64,000 nt of DNA from Balanoglossus misakiensis. Its lineage: Eukaryota; Animalia; Hemichordata. Position numbers and translations under genes: made by a program. Below are positions 13,440 to 25,500 of this stretch, piece after piece. The number at the start of each line of letters is the position of its first letter. Position 1 is the first letter of the stretch. The notes beneath the pieces were generated by a model that was given only the letters and a program-made list of their open reading frames with translations, searched no databases and was not told the DNA's origin. The stretch is taken from assembly GCA_040954595.2 (NCBI GenBank), contig CM082583.2, forward strand, positions 4,101,060-4,165,059. Direction: 5' to 3'.

Positions 13440-15917
13440 GGCTGAAGAAACTGACCAGTCCCTTAGCAAAGTCCACGTGAGATCTTGGAGACTCCCACTG
13501 GGCCTGTTTCGGTCCGCAAGTGTCTTTCCCGTGAGATTTCGCGGAATTTGGCAGTGGCCCAATTATCGCCTGTATACATGGTATATCAAAGACAAGCGCC
13601 CGAGGCCCTAGGATAACGAAACTTTTGAAAAAAACGGTATTTTTTAAGAGAACTTGTTGGACCCTCGAGGTCCGTGTAAAAAGAACGTTGCACGGTGCTC
13701 GCAAAATTCCGCTTTGTCATTGATGCGTGAGCGGGTTAAATAGTTGGCTGGTACCCTACTTAGTCACGTGAGACGCAGTGTCCAGCAAAGTTAAAATAGA
13801 ATTCCAGGAACACGAGTTCTTAGAATTATATGACATAATAGCATATGCTGTGCTTTCATTTTCATTTTCATGTCCGGGGGAGCGACTCTGCTGTAAAAAC
13901 ATTTCAGCAAACGATATTGATTTTTGCATTTATATTTTGCCAAGTGAGTGACATTTCATGGCATGTGTACCAATGCCCAGGCGGTGTGTTGTTACATGTT
14001 TTCTTGTTGACCCCACAAGGTACAGATTCGCTTTCCCGAGTACAATAAAGATAAAGGGGTCGGTTTGTTCAGAGAACAGGTCAAGGGGTGCAGTGATTCG
14101 ATATCTGTCGTCCAATCCCGGGAAACTATTAATGACCCTATTTGGCAGGTCAACCAGATTTCCAGGCACGGGCTTCGAAACGTGATTTTGTCCATGATTC
14201 AAGACGCCACGAATCTGGCGCAAAATGAGACAGGGACTTTTCTGGGTAAACGTCTTGGTGTTGTTTGGAGTGTGCTTTGCCGAAAACCAGGGTCAAAATG
14301 CCACCCGGACGAAAGTACTAATCCTAGGCGCCGGACTGAGCGGTCTCACGGCTGCAGAGACCCTGCTCGAAAATGGCGTCACCGACTTCCTTGTACTGGA
14401 AGGGGACGCGGCGCTTGGTGGGCGGGTGAAATCGGTTGATTTCCACGGCGTGCGGATCAACCTCGGCGCCAACTGGATACACTTCGTCGACGAAGATCCG
14501 GGCAAAAACGAAGGAAATGTCATCTGGACCCTGAAGGAGAAGTATAACTTGACGGGTGCGTTGTCAGATTTTGATGACCTCGCCGCGTTCGACGACTCGG
14601 GCGAAGTTACCGATCCGGCAATGGTAGCCAACGACGAACTCCAAAGCGTTAGACAGTCGCTGCAAAGTTTGTACCACACAGACGAGTACAGAAAAGACAA
14701 CTGTTTGAAGCTGATGTCGATTCGTTCGGGATTGGAGAAAGACGGATGGGATCCGAAGACGCCTATCGAGCAAGCGGTGGAGTATTGGAAATTCGACGCG
14801 GAATTTGCCGACCCGCCTGACGTCACGTCGCTCGATAGCATGCTTTTTCTTTACGACGGAAACCCGGGTGGAGATTTCTTCGTAGTAGACGAGCGAGGGT
14901 TTGATGTTATATTTCGGGAAACGAGGGAAAAGATCGGTGATCGACTGCGACTCGGACAAAGTGTGACGAAAATTATACGGAACAACACAGGTGATATTGT
15001 CACTGTTCGCACACACGATTCTTCGTACACCGCAGATTACGTCATATGTACATTTGGTATCGGTGTTCTGAAGAGTGGCGATGTCGAGTTTGTGCCGCCA
15101 CTAGACGGATGGAAGTTGGACGAAATTCATAAATTCCGAACGGCATGGTACACAAAAATATTTCTGAAGTTTCCGGATGGCAGTCCATTTTGGAGCGAAA
15201 CTGAGTGGATTTTGTATGTAAGCTCTCGTCGGGGTTACTATCCTGTGTTTGGAAATCTCCAAGCCACTGGCCTTCTTCCCAGCGACAAGAACGTCCTACT
15301 GGTCCTCGTCAGCGGCGACGAATCGCATAGGATCGAAAACCAACCTGACCAGACCACCAAATCGGAAATAATGGCAGTTTTGAGGGAAATGTATGGATCG
15401 AGTATCCCGGATGCTGAAGATATATACGTCACAAAGTGGGGCGTCGACCCTTTCCAGTACGGGAGCTACTCTAACTGGCCGGTAGACGTCACCCCGGAGT
15501 GCTTCGAAAGACTTCAGGCACCGGCCGGACGAGTGTTATTTGCCGGGGAAGCCACGCACGAGAAATACAACGGCTACCTGCAGGGGGCGTACTTGACTGG
15601 TCGGGACCGGGCCAATGACGTCATCGCTTGTCTGTCTGCGGCGAGACCGACCGTCACGTCCGACAACCCGGAGCCACCAACACCATGCCCATCACCGTAC
15701 AAACCAAAGTACCAAATAGAAGGGTGCCTTTACGAAGATGCGCTGAACTACAATCCGAGCGCGACGGTTGATGACGGATCCTGCGATTTCGGAAGCGCCG
15801 CCAGCGTCAGTATTAATGGTAGTCTTTTGTTTTTTGTTGTTTCGTCAACTGTATTTGAAACATTCTTTCCTTGAATTGTGTTACTAATTCAGAGTGTGTT
15901 CATTGTATCTCATTTCC
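13440..15917. repeat. Duplicated block B (upstream region plus PAO copy 1)
   Basis: Homologous to 16632-19144, from GGCTGAAGAAACTGACCAG to ~40 bp past the stop codon. Confidence 0.9.
14225..15874 (+). CDS. Flavin-dependent polyamine oxidase-like amine oxidase, intronless, secreted and probably GPI-anchored, copy 1 (549 aa)
   Basis: Signal peptide; Rossmann motif VLILGAGLSGLTAA; LGGRV; LGANW; YTKIFLKFP..FW with the conserved active-site Lys; GSYSNWP; FAGEAT..YNGYLQGAY; hydrophobic C-terminal tail. Confidence 0.93.
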   Translation: MRQGLFWVNVLVLFGVCFAENQGQNATRTKVLILGAGLSGLTAAETLLENGVTDFLVLEGDAALGGRVKSVDFHGVRINLGANWIHFVDEDPGKNEGNVIWTLKEKYNLTGALSDFDDLAAFDDSGEVTDPAMVANDELQSVRQSLQSLYHTDEYRKDNCLKLMSIRSGLEKDGWDPKTPIEQAVEYWKFDAEFADPPDVTSLDSMLFLYDGNPGGDFFVVDERGFDVIFRETREKIGDRLRLGQSVTKIIRNNTGDIVTVRTHDSSYTADYVICTFGIGVLKSGDVEFVPPLDGWKLDEIHKFRTAWYTKIFLKFPDGSPFWSETEWILYVSSRRGYYPVFGNLQATGLLPSDKNVLLVLVSGDESHRIENQPDQTTKSEIMAVLREMYGSSIPDAEDIYVTKWGVDPFQYGSYSNWPVDVTPECFERLQAPAGRVLFAGEATHEKYNGYLQGAYLTGRDRANDVIACLSAARPTVTSDNPEPPTPCPSPYKPKYQIEGCLYEDALNYNPSATVDDGSCDFGSAASVSINGSLLFFVVSSTVFETFFP

Positions 15918-16631
15918 CAATCTCTTAGTCTGCATATCAGAATGCAAATTTTGTGAATGGCGTTTACCTTCATGCGCCGAATTCAGACTTTTCAGAAGAT
16001 TTTTTGCTAACTAGTATAATCTAGTTCAAGAAACATAGATATGAATGTGATCTGATATTCCAGTCGCAGCCTGCATGACTTGCAGCAGTCTCACATGGTT
16101 CTTTTTTGTGATATGCCTATTTCTCAATAACCACTGAATGAAAACATACCTAAAACTATATCCAAGGCAGCTCCATTACAAAATAGTAGAGTTATGTATT
16201 TTTATAATTCAATAAAATTTCTTCACATTCCAGAATTTCCAAAAGCATCCTACTGCGTGTGCATTATATTCAAATTCCCCAAGTGGTGAATTTCCATTTA
16301 TACCAGAAATTAGTAATTACATTAAAGATTCGTTTATATAACCTTCCTGATGAGCAAACAGAAACGCATTATATAGTAATGTCATATTGTAGCTGTACAT
16401 TGAAATGTAAATCACTTAACCGGTTATTCAATTTCACCCCTTCAAGAGTCCACAACTATCGTAAATAATTCATTTTATGAAACCACAGTGGAAATTAGTT
16501 TTTAACTTTTTGTGTTATCCTAAAACTTGGTGTATGTTTTTTTCAAAGTAATTTAGTTGGTTGTCAATTTTCTTTAGTGCTAAATAAAACAAATATATTC
16601 AAAAAGCGTGGTATGCACATTAACGTATACA

Positions 16632-19144
16632 GGCTGAAGAAACTGACCAGTCCCTTAGCAAAGTCCACGTGAGATCTTGGTGACTCCCACTGGGCCTGAG
16701 TGATTGGGCCTGTTTGTCCGCAAGTGTCTTTCTCGTGAGATTTCACGGAATTTGGCAGTGGCCCATTTATCACTTGTATGTCAAAGACAAGCGCCCGAGG
16801 TCCTGGGATAACGCAACTTCTGAAAAAAAAACTGGCATTTTTAGACAACTTGTTGGAACTTCCAGGTCCGTATAAAAAGAACGTTGCACGGTGCTAGCAA
16901 AATTCCGCTTTGTCATTGATGCGTGAGCGGGTAAAATATTTGGCTGGTACCCTGCTTAGTCACGTGAGACGCAGTGTTCAGCAAAGTTAAAATAGAATTC
17001 CAGGAACACGAGGTAGTTCTTAGAATTCTATTACATATTAGCATATGCTGTGCTTGCATTTTCATTTTTATGTCCGGGGGAGCGACTCTGCTGTAAAAAC
17101 ATTTCAGCAAACGATATTGATTTTTGCATTTATATTTTGCCAAGTGTGTGACATTTCATGGCATGTGTAACAATGATAGATGCGCAGGCGGTGTGTTTTA
17201 AAGTGTTTTTCTTGTTGACGCCACAAGGTACAGATTCGTCTTCCCGGGTACAATGAAGGTAAATGGGTCAGTTTGTTCTGAGAACAGGTACGGTCAAGCG
17301 GTGCAGTGATTCGATTTCTGTCGTCCAATCCGGTAAATACACTATAATGACCCCCATTTGGCAGGTCGAGCAGATTTCCAGGCACGGGCTTCCAAACGTG
17401 ATTTTGTCTATGATTCAAGATAGACGCCACGAATCTTGCGCAAAATGAGACAGGGTTTTTTCTGGGTAAACGTTTTGGTGTTGTTTGGAGTGTGCTTTGC
17501 CGAAGACCAAGGTCAAAACGCCACCCATACGAAAGTACTAATCCTTGGCGCCGGACTGAGCGGTCTCACGGCTGCAGAGACCCTGCTTGAAAATGGCGTC
17601 ACCGACTTCCTTGTACTGGACGGGGACGCGGCGCTTGGTGGGCGGGTGAAATCGGTTGATTTCCACGGCGTGCGGATCAACCTCGGCGCCAACTGGATAC
17701 ACTTCGTCGACGAAGATCCGGGCAAAAACGAAGGAAATGTCATCTGGACCCTGAAGGAGAAGTATAACTTGACGGGCGCGTTGTCAGATTTTGATGACCT
17801 CGCCGCGTTCGACGACACGGGCACCGCAAGCGAAGTTACCGATTCGGCAAAGGTAGCCAACGACAACCTCCACAGCGTTAGACAGTCGCTGCAAAGTTTG
17901 TACCACACAGACGAGTACAGAAAAGACAACTGTTTGAAGCTGATGTCGATTCGTTCGGGATTGGAGAAAGACGGATGGGATCCGAAGACGCCTATCGAGC
18001 AAGCGGTGGAGTATTGGAAATTCGACGCGGAATTTGCCGACCCGCCTGACGTCACGTCGCTCGATAGCATGCTTTTTCTTTACGACGGAAACCCGGGTGG
18101 AGATTTCTTCGTAGTAGACGAGCGAGGGTTTGATGTTATATTTCGGGAAACGAGGGAAAAGATCGGTGATCGACTGCGACTCGGACAAAATGTGACGAAA
18201 ATTATACGGAACAACACAGGGGACATTGTCACTGTTCGCACACACGATTCTTCGTACACCGCAGATTACGTCATATGTACATTTGGTATCGGTGTTCTGA
18301 AGAGTGGCGATGTCGAGTTTGTGCCGCCACTAGACGGATGGAAGTTGGACGAAATTCATAAATTCCGAACGGCATGGTACACAAAGATATTTCTGAAGTT
18401 TCCGGATGGCAGTCCATTTTGGAGCGACACTGAGTGGATTTTGTATGTAAGCTCTCGTCGGGGTTACTATCCTGTGTTTGGAAATCTCCAAGCCACTGGC
18501 CTTCTTCCCAGCGACAAGAACCTTCTACTGGTCCTCGTCAGCGGCGACGAATCGCATAGGATCGAAAACCAACCTGACCAGACCACCAAATCGGAAATAA
18601 TGGCAGTTTTGAGGGAAATGTATGGATCGAGTATCCCGGATGCTGAAGATATATACGTCACAAAGTGGGGCGTCGACCCTTTCCAGTACGGGAGCTACTC
18701 TAACTGGCCGGTAGACGTCACCCCGGAGTGCTTCGAAAGACTTCAGGCACCGGCCGGACGAGTGTTATTTGCCGGGGAAGCCACGCACGAGAAATACAAC
18801 GGCTACCTGCAGGGGGCGTACTTGACTGGTCGGGACCGGGCCAATGACGTCATCGCTTGTCTGTCTGCGGCGAGACCGACCGTCACGTCCGACAACCCGG
18901 AGCCACCAACACCATGCCCATCTCCGTACAAACCAAAGTACCAAATAGAAGGGTGCCTTTACGAAGATGCGCTGAACTACAATCCGAACGCGACGGTTGA
19001 TGACGGATCCTGTGATTTCGGAAGCGCCACCAGCGTCAGTATTAATGGGAGTCTTTTGTTTTTTCTTGTTTTGTCGACGGTATTTGAAACATTCTTTCCT
19101 TGAATTGTATCACTAAACCAGAGTATATTCATTGTATCATTTCC
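16632..19144. repeat. Duplicated block B' (upstream region plus PAO copy 2)
   Basis: Homologous to 13440-15917; the blocks are separated by a ~0.7 kb unique spacer. Confidence 0.9.
17445..19103 (+). CDS. Polyamine oxidase-like amine oxidase, copy 2 (552 aa)
   Basis: Near-identical paralog with a 3-aa insertion. The ATG at 17445 aligns with the copy 1 start. Confidence 0.93.
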   Translation: MRQGFFWVNVLVLFGVCFAEDQGQNATHTKVLILGAGLSGLTAAETLLENGVTDFLVLDGDAALGGRVKSVDFHGVRINLGANWIHFVDEDPGKNEGNVIWTLKEKYNLTGALSDFDDLAAFDDTGTASEVTDSAKVANDNLHSVRQSLQSLYHTDEYRKDNCLKLMSIRSGLEKDGWDPKTPIEQAVEYWKFDAEFADPPDVTSLDSMLFLYDGNPGGDFFVVDERGFDVIFRETREKIGDRLRLGQNVTKIIRNNTGDIVTVRTHDSSYTADYVICTFGIGVLKSGDVEFVPPLDGWKLDEIHKFRTAWYTKIFLKFPDGSPFWSDTEWILYVSSRRGYYPVFGNLQATGLLPSDKNLLLVLVSGDESHRIENQPDQTTKSEIMAVLREMYGSSIPDAEDIYVTKWGVDPFQYGSYSNWPVDVTPECFERLQAPAGRVLFAGEATHEKYNGYLQGAYLTGRDRANDVIACLSAARPTVTSDNPEPPTPCPSPYKPKYQIEGCLYEDALNYNPNATVDDGSCDFGSATSVSINGSLLFFLVLSTVFETFFP

Positions 19145-19580
19145 TTGTTTTGCACTGAAAGTGGTTAAGTTTAAGGTACAAGGCAACAGAAAGTAAAAAG
19201 TGGTTCAGTGGGTATGCATGTACACTGAGATTGTGTAAGCGAACACTCTCAGCCACTGGATTAATCACATATTATTGACTACGCTTGAGCGGCATAGAAA
19301 TAGATACACTTGTCAATTTAATAAATAACTACAGTAAAAAAAGTATGTTAGCGAATTCTGTAACAAAATGTATATAAACATGAAATACTTGTTAACTTCG
19401 TTGTACTGTTCTGGTATTATTAAAATTCTTGGCAAATATTGATAAAAACTTGCATCGAACTCAAATACTTCCATTCTCATACCGAAACGGATGTAGAATG
19501 TGGAGTGTTGGAACAAATTGTTCCGTGAACTTGAATTAATTCAACACGTGTCAAAAGGTCTGGTGCAGCATTTAGATCAA

Positions 19581-22500
19581 TTAAACGGAGAACCCTTCAT
19601 CGGTATCGCTCTCTGAATCTGAATCGAAGACGATTCCATCGCTGAAGTCTTCAATGTTGCCGTTCGTTGGATATTCATCAAATGAGGACCTTGAGGTACT
19701 TCCGCAGAAAGCGCTTTCCACCGCCGAGTCCCTGGTGCTTTGTCTTGAAATGTTCTGTTCAGAAACAAAATATGTAGAACTTTAAAATATCCGATGAGAT
19801 GCCAAATGCAACATAACAACGAATTCCAACTCTTCGTGGGTTATTTATCTGTTTGTGAAATTAATAACGAGGTTATTTAAATTTTGACGCAAAATTTGAG
19901 CTGCACGCTTATCACGACACACATTAACTGGCTCATAATACTAGAGTTTCTTGAACAGTAAGTGTGACTAACACAACAGGGCTAGCGCTGATTGACCATT
20001 CATGAAATGTTCACATTAACTTTTGCAGTGGTAGTCATATTTCGAGGTGTAGCCCAAAGATTCTACATGCAAAATGCTCTTGGCACACATTCAGTTTGAA
20101 ACTATAAGCCACCGCCCTGAGGGTTTGATCGTTTTATGTCCTTACTACCTACACCGGTGATGTTCAGTGGTACATGTATTATAATAGTCAGTGGTGAGGC
20201 GACTACATATATGCTCATTTACCTTACTATATTCCCGGTTCATTAAAACGACGCTTTCGTCTAGCTCATCTGTCATGGCGTTCACCAGGTGGGGAATTTC
20301 CTCAGAGCTGCGCTGAAGCGTTGATTCGTTGATGTAGTCGACAAACTGCTCAAGCTGTCCGTCCAGTTCTTCGAGCAACCTGGTGAACGTGGGTCTGTCG
20401 TCTGGGTTTTCCAGCCAGCATTGATTCATAATTGCATACCTGTGGCGGTAAAGACGTAAGTTAAACCTGACATGTTCAGCCTTAGACTCTCTCGTCGTCC
20501 ATGCAGGTTTATGGACTGATTGCATGTGTGCCCGGTTCGCTACACAACACCATATGGGGCTTCTCCTTTGCTAAACAGTTGAGGGCGCATCAGTGAAGAG
20601 CCTTGTAGCGAACCGTGGGCTGTGAGAGAGTCTAGTTCAGCCTGTACCACTAGGCATTCGTTTCATCTAGACATATGCATCAAAACTTTTTTTTTCCAAT
20701 CCAGACTTTGATTACACGCAAAAGTATACTAAACCACATATCAATAGCCAGTGATATCAAAATGGCTTACATGGACTCAGGACATTCTGCCGGTCTTGGC
20801 ATCCTATAACCGTCCTTCACTGCCGCCACTACTTGAGTCGCCGACATCCCATTATATGGTGTTTCCCCCTGCGTGGCTATTTCATAGAGGACTATACCAA
20901 AAGACCACCTGATGGAACAAGATGCAATAATGAAAGACATCGCTGTAAGTTATTTATATGGAAAGCCATGACTGTCTTATAATGTGTGAAAACTTTATGT
21001 AACCCAAATTTCGTCATCACGTAAAGAAATAATCTCACCACATATCGGTTTGACCTCACCAGATATTGGTAAAATCTCACCACATGATTGCATTTCGACA
21101 TCATGTAATGCTTAATTTGGGTTACATAAAGTTTTCACACATCATAAGACAGTCATGGCTTTCCATACATTTACATGCGTATATGTAATAGCTAAGTAAC
21201 GCGTTCGTCGCCAGTGTTTGAAAACATGTGGCCACTGATAAAAATTCTAAACATATTAATAGGCTTTCTGTAATATAAACAACTTACACGTCACTTTGAA
21301 TAGTGCACAACCCGTTCAGGTTGGTTTCCAGGCTAACCCATTTGGCGGCCCTCACCCGGGAAGTAGGTAGAGCTGTCCAACCTTGCAGGTACACGTCATT
21401 AGTAAGGCCAAAGTCAGATATTTTGATGAGCAGATCCTCTCCGACTAGGACATTCCTGGCTGCCAAATCTCCGTGTACGTACTTATTGAGTGCCAAGAAC
21501 TCCTGCAGGGAAAGAACGTGGTGATCATGTTAACTTCGCATTACGCGACCGCAAGTAAATACCCTGATTTGCCCTTGTATGGAGACTTAGGGGCCGTGGG
21601 TAATTTAAACATACACACACACGTGATAAACGAAACCCCACGATCTATTTTCAACCGACTTGTCCAAACATGGTTGCAAAGATAAAACAAATCAGCATTG
21701 ATTTTTATGCCATACCATTCCACGGGCAATCTGTCTGGCGATTCGATAAAAATCCATCTCGGTTAGGACATAGGTCGGATCGATGTTTTGGTATCCAGTC
21801 TATAATAATAAAAAAATATCAAAAATTAGAATATTTAGTGCCGTTACATTAAACACTGTCTTAAAGCTCAGCGGCAGAGCCCAAAACGAGTTTTTTTTTT
21901 CGTTTTCCCCACTCCAAAATACCTTCCGATTGTTTTCATATTCTTTAGGGAAACGTGTTCTGGGCATAATATGAATATTTTATTGTCAACGCAATGTGCA
22001 TGAAAATGAAGTGACTACACCCTTTACTTCGATTTGTTGCAACGAATTTATTAATTATTTGTTCAATGACACCAACTGATGCTTGGCCCCTTGTATTTAG
22101 TACGGAAGAATCTTTGCTTTGAATGTAAAATCATGAAAAAAAAAACCTGCCAAGTTGTGTACCATGGGGTTTTAATGCGGATCAAAATGGAATTTAAATT
22201 TGACTATCCGTAAATACATACTCAACGGGGATGTACATTCAGGCAGACGTGACGAATATAAAAACAATCGACATTTAATTTATTTCCACTTATTGAAGTT
22301 TGCCTACCTCCTTTGACCTCCACAGAAAATGCAACAAATCGCCATACTCCAAGTATTCGGTGATCAAAAAGTAAGGCTCTTCTGCAGTGCAACATCCTAG
22401 AATTCCTAAAATGTTCGGGTGCTTCCCAATCTCTTGCAAAGTCGTGATTTCGTGAAGAATTTCGTCCTTTTGAAGAGCAGTTGCGTGATCTTAAAAAAAA

Positions 22501-25500
22501 ATCAAAATGACCCGAGCGTTTATCATTACGAACACAATGCCTCTGTTTTGCCATTGAGAGGAATTGTTTCGTTTGTCTGTCAGTGTCGCCCACAAGGGGC
22601 CACTATACTGACTTTTGAGTATATTTTGTCACGGTCCCTCCTCACGTGGAGGGACCGTGATTTTGTCATAGATTATGTGCGTCACTATCATAAATTATTC
22701 AGAAATGTTTTGTAGTAGATAAACGGAAACACTTTTGTATTTCACGTAACATCCACGGGATATACGGAGACATGAAAGTTGTTGGGTGACCCGTTGACAG
22801 CGCTGGAGTTGGCGTACACGCGCGCTTCCGTACTTGCATGCGAATGAGGCAACCGTTGCGAACGATAGATGCTATAGACAGTAAAGAGAACTTGACTCAA
22901 AATCTGAGATATGATTACAAAGTGACGGGTGGTTGTTTTGAATTCGAACTTGGCATAGACACTTCAAGAGCAAAATGGACTATTTTAAAGAGAAGGGGAA
23001 AATACTGTGTTTCAATCAGTATCTGCATAGGCCTATATGACGTATTTTTATGTATTTGTACAGAATATATAACAATCTTAAAACTGATCGACGGTATATC
23101 TGTGTGAAGAGAAAACACTTTAAACTGGCTTTTGTGTACGTTTTTGATTTCATTGTTTTCACTCAGATCATACAGGAGTACAAGTACCTTTTAACATCTT
23201 CACCGCGACCGTTTTGTCCTGGTTGTCTCTGCCAATACCAAGGGCCACTGCTTTGTAGACTATTCCGAAGTTACCTCTTCCAAGTTCGTTTTGAATGTGC
23301 AGACTGCTCCGTGGAAATTCGTGTCCAGCGACGAGACTCCTGCTAGGCTGGTACACGTTTGGTTGTACTTCTGAAATTGAACGGAATAGTCACATTTAGC
23401 ATAAATTGCGTATACTTGGAATATGGTTTATATGTTTTGATCCCTATTCCAGCGGGATCGAGTCATTTGTATTTCTGTGTGTGTACATGCATGTCCCATA
23501 AACTACTAATAGAATCTACTGTGAACTTTGATTTGCAGGTTGCAAAGAATGCTTCCGATATACAAAACCACACTTTTACCACATGTACTAGGCCCTAAGC
23601 CTACCTCGTAAATCTACATGTCACATACAGCGACCTCGATCCTTGAACAAAAGTAATCCATACAACATAAGTGAACGAAGTCCTCATTGATTACATATTT
23701 TCAGCATTGTGATGTCTGGGAAATGACATCACAGATCTATACCAAATTTATGTTTTCTGTATTAACCTTAACGCATTTGCATATGATGTAACTATCTTGG
23801 GGGTGGCGGGAGACAAATAGCCAACATAACAAGGGAAAGTAATGTTAGGCATCAATGTCAACCATTTTACACTCCTGCAGTTAATTTAAACTCTGGGAAC
23901 TGGATTTTGCTGCCGTAGCTGCACTTCACCGAGCTGAACAACAACAGCGCAACGGATGGTGAAAATAGCGCCCCCTCGAGAAAAAATGCAAACTGTAAAT
24001 ACCACATTCTTGGGGTAGTATCACTTCGTCTGAAAAACGACATTGTAATGTTGATATATACTTCATGCTCTGAAATAAGTACAAGCTATGGACTTAGATA
24101 TAATGGTCAAAACTGTTTTACGGTACGCAGACTGTTCCTTCGACTACTCGAACAACAGAGAATCCCGAAATTGACTCTGAATCCGAATCCGAGACTGACT
24201 TCAGTATCGTTTACAAGTCTGGAGAACCCGGAAGAGATCTGCAAGGTCTATTAACTATGCTTTCCCGGAAATTACAGCAACAGGATTTGTCCGTCGTTGA
24301 GTCTACATGTCCGTGGGTTGTTGATTCAGATCACGGGCACATCGTTTGCAGCAGTCGCCTACGTTCAGTCCAAGGTAGGCCGAGCCCCAGTTGCATATGT
24401 TGTCACAGTCCCGCGCAGCTGTGGTAACGCAGCTACCGTGAGAGGGGGGGGGGGGGGTACAGTTGCGTTACCATAGGTAGTTAAATCACGGTTACTAGTA
24501 ACCGTGGTTAAATTGTTACACGGCGGAACAGCATACTAGACCGACAGGCGGAATTTCTCTTCATTTGGGAGAAACTCTCCTCATCGGGAGATGTGTTGTC
24601 AGTTCAATATTGCTCTATATTATTGTGTGGCTGTCATCGCCGATCTGAATGGGGGATTTTGGAGTATTCCCGGGACCCTCAATCGGGAGACTCACAATTG
24701 TGAACCACTGAGACATTGTGCATTGTATTCGTAGTGCCAGGCGACTGCAACATTCTCTTTTGGCCATGGTTTGCATATGGGTTAGCATTAGTGTTATGAA
24801 TTTATTTTAAATGACTTAACTTATAAACCGAAACTTGAATCACGAAACTAATTCAATTTTAAGTCGTTTCTAAATACTGTCATGACCCCAAACTAGCTCT
24901 GCGTGGCAGGGCTGTATGTCTTATGGCGATGCCGTAAAACTTTGTTATCATTATGTGTTGTTACAGAATGTGGAGAAATCGGAATTTTAGACAAGATACA
25001 TGTGCACGAACTTGGCAGATTATTTGAAACTGCATGTGGCAATTTAAGGCAGGGATTTGAAGACAATAACTTATCCAATGATGGTAAGTACATGTACACT
25101 GCAACAATATCATTCATGTATTTTTCTGTTTTTGCAAAGTCAGTTATATACAAACATAATCTAATTTACAATGCCAGATTCTAGGGGGATGCCTTTTAGT
25201 TTTACTTTCATTACAACCAGGTGTTCATACAAACATGTTCGTTACAGCGAGGTTCCACAGTATAAATATAAAAGCTCAGCCGGCTTGTGTAATTACTTAT
25301 TTAGCAAAATTGCCTGTACATGCATGTATCTCAAGAGTCACTGAGTGTATAGACCTTGTTGCAAAGAAGAACCACTGTCCACACGTAATGGCCAGATATA
25401 TTTTACTTCGAAAAAGCAAGCATAGGCAAAGACAAATGTGTGCTACTTTGTACAAAGTATATATTATACAAATGAAATGAAAACTCTCTCTACGGTTTAT

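Noticed and set aside
14293-18661. Minus-strand ORFs overlapping the PAO genes
   Set aside because: Shadow frames with no protein motifs.
14225-19103. Bacterial contamination as the explanation for the intronless oxidases
   Set aside because: They have eukaryotic signal/GPI features and sit contiguously between spliced animal genes.
19581-19620. RTK acidic tail ending DEGFSV as a ligand for the neighbouring SNX27 PDZ
   Set aside because: SNX27 binds class I (S/T-x-hydrophobic) tails; position -2 here is Phe.
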